NCBI GenBank assembly: GCA_963844035.1
Contig: CAWJMT010000012.1
Location: 79,511-143,510 of the forward strand
Reading direction: 5' to 3'
DNA length: 64,000 bases
Source: an uncultured Gemmatimonadales bacterium
Lineage (GTDB): Bacteria > Gemmatimonadota > Gemmatimonadetes > Gemmatimonadales > GWC2-71-9
Shown: positions 58,924 through 64,000 of the stretch, piece by piece
Numbering within the stretch: the stretch's first letter is position 1
Layout: each line of letters opens with the position of its first letter
Program-made: the position numbers and the translations under genes
Notes under the pieces: model-generated
What the model was told of the DNA's origin: nothing
The model's input: only the letters and a program-made list of their open reading frames with translations
Database searches by the model: none

Positions 58924-60178
58924 ATGGCAGGCCGTAACTTCCTCTTCGTCCCCGGTCCTACCAACGTTCCCGACCGGATCCTGCGGTCCATGCACCGCGC
59001 CATGGAGGATCACCGCTCCTCGGCGTTTCCCGAGCTCGCCAACACCCTGTTTCCGGAACTGAAACGGCTCTTCAGGACCACGACGGGGCAGCCGTTCATC
59101 TTCCCCGGCAGCGGCACGGGGGCCTGGGAAGTAGCGCTGGCGAACACCCTGTCGCCCGGCGACCGGGTGATCGCCCCGCGCTACGGCCAGTTCAGCCACC
59201 TGTGGATCGAGCTGGCGAAGCGGATCGGGATCCGGGTGGACATCCTGGACGTGGAATGGGGCGAGGGGGCGCCGCTCGAGCGCATCGCCGAGATCCTCCA
59301 GGGGGATGCGCAGCACGAGATCAAGGGCGTCATGATCGTGCACAACGAGACGGCCACCGGCGTCACGAGCGACGTGGCCGGCGTACGGCGGGCCCTCGAT
59401 GCGGCCAAGCATCCCGCGTTGCTCTACGTGGATGGCGTGAGCTCCATCGGAAGTATCGACTTCCGTATGGACGAGTGGGGCGTGGACATGGCCGTCACCG
59501 GGTCCCAGAAGGGTCTCATGCTCCCGGCCGGCCTCGGGATCCTGTGCGCCAGCCCGAAGGCGCTTGCTGCGCGCGAGCAGGCCAAGTGCGCGCGCGCGTT
59601 TTTCGACCTGGGCGACATGATCAAGGCCAACGCGACGGGCTACTTCCCCTACACGCCCGCCGTCCTGATGCTCTACGGCCTGCGGGAATCGCTGGCCATG
59701 ATCTTCGAAGAGGGCCTCGAGACCGTGTACGCCCGTCACCAGCGGCTCGCCGACGGCGTGCGTGCCGCGATCCGCGCCTGGGGCCTGAAGCTCTGCGCCA
59801 AGGCGCCGAAGTGGAACTCCAATACGGTCAGTGCGATCATGGTGCCGGAAGGGATCGACGGCGCCCAGGTGATCGACGTCGCGTACCGGCGCTACAACCT
59901 CGCGCTCGGCGCCGGGCTGGCGCGCATGGCCGGCAAGCTGTTCCGTATCGGCCATATGGGGGATTTGAACGAAGTCATGCTGCTCGGCGCGCTCGCCGGG
60001 ACGGAGATGGCCATGCGCGACGTCGGCGTCCAGATCACACCGGGGTCCGGAGTCGCTGCGGCTGAAGAATCGTGGCGCGCGACCGCCGCGCCGCTCGCCC
60101 CGCGCCCGTCAGCGGTGCAGCCCCCCGACGCCAAAGCCGGCGGCGGGCAAGCCCGCCATGGCGAAAGCGGCGACATGA
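58924..60178 (+). CDS. sgaA: Serine--glyoxylate aminotransferase (class V PLP); likely 1-nt indel near 60133
   Basis: GRNFLFVPGPTN, HNETATGV, VDGVSS, GSQKGL, YFPYTP, FRIGHMG; TGA at 60176-60178 overlaps the mcl ATG. Confidence 0.88.
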
Positions 60179-61143
60179 GCCTGACCCGGTACGAACCGGC
60201 CCGTCCCCGGTTGCAGCGCAGCGAGCTCGCGGTACCGGGCTCGCAGCCGGCGATGTTCAGGAAGGCGCTGGACAGCGACGCCGACTACGTCTTCCTCGAT
60301 CTCGAAGACGCCGTCGCGCCGGCCGACAAGGAACAGGCCCGGAAGAACGTCGTGGCGGCGCTGCTCGAACACGATTGGCGCGAGCGCGGCAAGACGATCA
60401 GCGTGCGCATCAACGGGATCGACACCCACTACATGTACCGCGACGTGGTGGATGTGGTGGAGCAGGCGGGCCACCGCCTCGACACTCTCCTCGTCCCGAA
60501 GGTGGGAACGCGAGATGACGTATACCTGGTGGATGCCCTGCTCACTCAGATCGAGACCGCACGCGGCATCCCCGTGCCGATCGGGATCGAGGTCTTGATC
60601 GAGACGGCGTTGGGGATGGCGAACGTTGAGGCGATCGCGCAGTCGAGCCGCCGGCTCGAGGCGATGCACTTCGGCGTGGCCGATTTCGCGGCGAGCGTGC
60701 ATGCGCGCACGGTGAGCATCGGCGGGCTGAACCCGGACTACCCCGGCGACCAGTGGCACGCGGCGATGTCGCGGATGGTGACCGCCAGTCGCGCGTATGG
60801 CTTGCGCGCCGTGGACGGGCCGTTCGGGGACTTCAAGGATCGCGAGGGGTTCCTGGCGGCGGCGCGCCGGGCGGCGGTGCTCGGGTACGAAGGGAAGTGG
60901 GCGATCCATCCCACACAGCTTGCGCTCGCGAACGACGTGTTTACACCCCCCGCGGCGGAAGTCGAGCGCGCGCGGCGCATTCTGCGTGCCTTGAGCGACG
61001 CGGCGCGCGAAGGACGCGGCGCGGCTCAGCTCGAGGGTCGCATGATAGACGCGGCGTCGGCCCGCATGGCGCAGAACATCGTGGAGATCGCCGCGGCGAT
61101 CGACGCGAAGCGATCACCCTCCCTGGCCGGCGCAGGGGCGTAA
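60175..61143 (+). CDS. mcl: Malyl-CoA/beta-methylmalyl-CoA lyase
   Basis: RLQRSELAVPGS, FLDLEDAVA, RINGIDTHYMYRDV, FGVADF, GKWAIHP. Confidence 0.85.
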   Translation: MSLTRYEPARPRLQRSELAVPGSQPAMFRKALDSDADYVFLDLEDAVAPADKEQARKNVVAALLEHDWRERGKTISVRINGIDTHYMYRDVVDVVEQAGHRLDTLLVPKVGTRDDVYLVDALLTQIETARGIPVPIGIEVLIETALGMANVEAIAQSSRRLEAMHFGVADFAASVHARTVSIGGLNPDYPGDQWHAAMSRMVTASRAYGLRAVDGPFGDFKDREGFLAAARRAAVLGYEGKWAIHPTQLALANDVFTPPAAEVERARRILRALSDAAREGRGAAQLEGRMIDAASARMAQNIVEIAAAIDAKRSPSLAGAGA

Positions 61144-61146
61144 CCC

Positions 61147-62322
61147 ATGGACATTCACGAGTACCAAGCCAAAGAACTGTTGGCGGGGTTCGGTGTGCCG
61201 GTGCCGCGGGGCGGTGTGGCCTACAGCGCCGAGCAGGCCGTGTACCGCGCCGTGGAGATCGGCGGCGACCGCTGGGTGGTGAAAGCCCAGATCCACGCCG
61301 GCGGCCGCGGCAAGGTCGGTGGCGTGCGGCTGTGCGCCAGCGATGCCGACGTGCGCCAGGCCGCAAAGGATTTGCTCGGCACCACCCTGGTGACCGCGCA
61401 GACCGGACCGGAAGGCCTCCCGGTGCACCGCTTGCTCGTCGAGCAGGCGCTGCCGGTCGAGCGCGAGGTGTATCTGGGGCTGGTCCTCGATCGCAAGCGT
61501 GAGCGGATCGCGGTCGTGGCGCACCCGCACGGCGGCATGGAGATCGAGGAGATCGCGCGCCGCGAACCCGACGCGATTCTGCGCGAGGTGGTGGAGCCGG
61601 CGGTCGGCATGCAGGCGTTCCAGGCGCGCGAGCTGGCGTACGGCCTGGGGATTCCCGCGGGCCTGGTCAGCCAGACCGTGACCACGATTCAAGGCGCGTA
61701 CCGTGCCTTCCGTGACCTCGACGCGACGATGGTGGAGGTCAATCCGCTCGTGGTGACCAAGGAGGGCCAGATTCTGGTGCTCGACGTCAAGATGAGCTTC
61801 GACGACAATGCCCTGTTCCGGCGTCCCAACGTGGCGGAGCTGCGCGACCATGCGCAGGAGGATCCCCGGGAGGCCGAAGCCGCCGAGCACGGCCTGAGCT
61901 ATGTGGGGCTGGAAGGCGACATCGGGTGCATCATCAACGGAGCCGGGCTGGCCATGGCGACGATGGACATGATCAAACACGCGGGTGGGGAGCCGGCCAA
62001 CTTCCTCGACATCGGCGGCGGAGCGTCGCCGGCGCGGGTGGCCGTGGCGTTCCGCCTGGTCCTGTCGGACAAGAACGTCAAAGCGATTCTCGTCAACGTG
62101 TTCGCGGGGATCAACCGGTGCGACTGGGTCGCGCAAGGCGTGGTCCAGGCCGTCAAGGAGGTCCAGATCCCCGTGCCGCTCGTGGTGCGGCTCGCGGGAA
62201 CGAACGTCGAAGAAGGCCAGCGCATCCTGCGCGACAGCGGCCTGCCGATCATCACTGCCGACTCGCTCGCCGAGGCGGCGGAGCGGGTGGTCGCGGCGCG
62301 CGACCGGGCGAGGGCCGCATGA
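61147..62322 (+). CDS. mtkA: Malate--CoA ligase (malate thiokinase) beta subunit
   Basis: [36 protein letters not shown]; SucC-like, in a sga/mcl context. Confidence 0.85.
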   Translation: MDIHEYQAKELLAGFGVPVPRGGVAYSAEQAVYRAVEIGGDRWVVKAQIHAGGRGKVGGVRLCASDADVRQAAKDLLGTTLVTAQTGPEGLPVHRLLVEQALPVEREVYLGLVLDRKRERIAVVAHPHGGMEIEEIARREPDAILREVVEPAVGMQAFQARELAYGLGIPAGLVSQTVTTIQGAYRAFRDLDATMVEVNPLVVTKEGQILVLDVKMSFDDNALFRRPNVAELRDHAQEDPREAEAAEHGLSYVGLEGDIGCIINGAGLAMATMDMIKHAGGEPANFLDIGGGASPARVAVAFRLVLSDKNVKAILVNVFAGINRCDWVAQGVVQAVKEVQIPVPLVVRLAGTNVEEGQRILRDSGLPIITADSLAEAAERVVAARDRARAA

Positions 62323-63233
62323 GCATTCTGCTCGACGAGAAGACGCGCGTCATCGTCCAGGGCTTCACGGGTGACAAGGGGACGTTCCACGCGAAGGAAA
62401 TGATCGCGTACGGGACGAATGTCGTGGGCGGGGTCACGCCGGGAAAGGGTGGCGCCACGCATCTGGGGAAGCCGGTTTATGACACGGTGAAGGAAGCCGT
62501 CGCCGCCACCGGTGCGACCGCGAGCCTGATCCTGGTGCCGGCGCCGTTCTGCGCCGACGCGATCATGGAAGCGGCTGACGCAGGGATCCGCCTGATCGTC
62601 ACGATCACCGATGGCGTGCCGGCGCAGGACATGATGACCGTGAAGCGCTACCTGTGGCGCTACCCCAAGGAGCGCCGCACGCGGATGGTCGGTCCCAACG
62701 GGGCGGGTGTCATCAGCGCCGGCAAGGCGATGATGGGGATCATGCCCGGGCACATCTACACGCGCGGTCCCGTGGGTGTCGTGGCACGCTCGGGGACGTT
62801 GGGGTACGAGGCGGCGGCGCAGATGCGCCTGCTCGGCATCGGGATCACCACGAGCGTCGGCATCGGGGGCGACCCGATCAACGGCACCTCGTTCCTGGAC
62901 ATGCTGGCGTTGTTCGAGCAGGACCCCGAGACCGAAGCGGTCATGATGATCGGCGAGATCGGCGGGCCGCAGGAAGCCGACGCCGCGTTGTTCGTGAAGG
63001 AGAACATGACGAAGCCGGTCGTCGGATACGTCGCCGGCCTCACGGCTCCCAAAGGGCGCCGGATGGGACACGCCGGAGCGATCATCTCGGCATTCGGCGA
63101 CACGGCCGCTGAGAAGGCGCAGATCATGCGCTCGGCCGGTCTGGTCGTCGCGCCAAGTCCGGCGGAGCTCGGGACCACCATGGCGGCGGTGTTGGCGCGC
63201 AAGCCTTCGCGGCGGGTGATGGTCCCGCAGTGA
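62319..63233 (+). CDS. mtkB: Malate--CoA ligase alpha subunit
   Basis: [37 protein letters not shown] phospho-His. Confidence 0.85.
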   Translation: MSILLDEKTRVIVQGFTGDKGTFHAKEMIAYGTNVVGGVTPGKGGATHLGKPVYDTVKEAVAATGATASLILVPAPFCADAIMEAADAGIRLIVTITDGVPAQDMMTVKRYLWRYPKERRTRMVGPNGAGVISAGKAMMGIMPGHIYTRGPVGVVARSGTLGYEAAAQMRLLGIGITTSVGIGGDPINGTSFLDMLALFEQDPETEAVMMIGEIGGPQEADAALFVKENMTKPVVGYVAGLTAPKGRRMGHAGAIISAFGDTAAEKAQIMRSAGLVVAPSPAELGTTMAAVLARKPSRRVMVPQ

Positions 63234-64000
63234 GCGGACGGCCGCGGGTCGTCGTGACCCGGCAGCTGCCGGCGGCAGTGGAAGAACAGCTGGCGCGCGA
63301 GTTCGACGCGCAGCTGAACCGCGACGACCACCCGTTCAGCGCCGCCGAGCTGCAAGAGGCGTTGCGCACCGCCGACGCCGTCCTCCCCACCGTCACGGAC
63401 AAGCTCACGGCCGACGTCCTGTCCGCGGAGCCGCTGCGGGCCAAAATCCTCGCGAACTACGGCGTCGGGTTCAACCACATCGATCTCGGGGCGGCGAAAG
63501 CGCGCCGCCTGGTGGTGACCAACACCCCCGACGTGCTCACCGACGACACGGCGGACGACGCGATCATGCTGATGCTGATGGTGGCGCGCCGCGCCGGGGA
63601 AGGAGAGCGGCACGTGCGCTCCCGCGCCTGGACCGGCTGGCGGCCGACCCATATGGTCGGGACGAAGGTCTCCGGGAAGACGTTCGGGATGGTGGGCATG
63701 GGCCGCATCGCGCGCGCGGCGGCGCGCCGCGCCCGGCTGGGCTTCGGGATGCGGGTGGTGTTCCATGATCCGTACCCGCCGCCCCCCGAGCTGATGGCGG
63801 AGCTCGCGCTCGAAGCGCGCCCCAGCGTCGAGGACGTGATTCGCGAAGCGGACTTCGTGTCGTTGCATTGTCCCGCCACGCCCGAGACGCGCCATCTCAT
63901 GGACGCGCGGCGGCTCGCCCTCATGAAGCCCACGGCGTTCCTGATCAACACGGCCCGTGGCGACGTGGTGGACGAGGCGGCGTTGATTGCGGCCCTCAAG
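63230..64000 (+). CDS. D-glycerate dehydrogenase / hydroxypyruvate-glyoxylate reductase family, runs off the window end
   Basis: Not in the ORF track. GTG start; [44 protein letters not shown]. Confidence 0.88.
   Translation, partial: MSGRPRVVVTRQLPAAVEEQLAREFDAQLNRDDHPFSAAELQEALRTADAVLPTVTDKLTADVLSAEPLRAKILANYGVGFNHIDLGAAKARRLVVTNTPDVLTDDTADDAIMLMLMVARRAGEGERHVRSRAWTGWRPTHMVGTKVSGKTFGMVGMGRIARAAARRARLGFGMRVVFHDPYPPPPELMAELALEARPSVEDVIREADFVSLHCPATPETRHLMDARRLALMKPTAFLINTARGDVVDEAALIAALK

Noticed and set aside
58924..61143. Apparent Sga-Mcl fusion (739 aa ORF)
   Set aside because: An ATGA overlap at 60175 and a plausible alternative-frame tail (PAAGKPAMAKAAT*) suggest two genes joined by an extra base near 60133. 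A real fusion cannot be fully excluded without reads.

Overview
High-GC (roughly 68-70% by eye) bacterial chromosomal window. Gene order and content suggest Gemmatimonadota (inference only). It is mostly housekeeping DNA: four-helix-bundle gene, PTS IIA, dusB-larB-GGDEF-tmRNA, cupredoxin, katG; a minus-strand truA-purB-purC-psd-pssA-purS-purQ-lipoprotein-purL-purF operon; trpD / lexA / trpC-trpB-HEAT-HD-GYP-trpA-MCP-folK-panB-panC; rlmN; PTS IIA-aspS-phoH-HDIG-ybeY-two CNNM genes; a B12 acyl-CoA mutase/carboxyltransferase/AtuA cluster; a CCAEP-tail radical SAM gene beside a bacilliredoxin; and the start of a serine-cycle operon (sga-mcl-mtkA-mtkB-hpr). About 18 single-base indels break otherwise intact genes and create three false fusions in the ORF track; these are most likely long-read assembly errors. 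Most notable: (1) the serine-cycle C1-assimilation cluster, with a structured leader carrying a terminator; (2) a candidate direct-repeat LexA box, CCGAW-N6-CCGAA, present twice at the lexA promoter; (3) a mutase with isobutyryl-CoA-mutase rather than methylmalonyl-CoA-mutase specificity residues; (4) dispersed 7-8-nt tandem or inverted micro-repeats, one beside the four-helix-bundle gene and two inside coding loops; (5) a HEAT/HD-GYP pair sharing an N-terminal domain inside the trp operon; (6) a TPP-II-like lipoprotein peptidase. No CRISPR array, rRNA, tRNA, integrase or transposase was seen.
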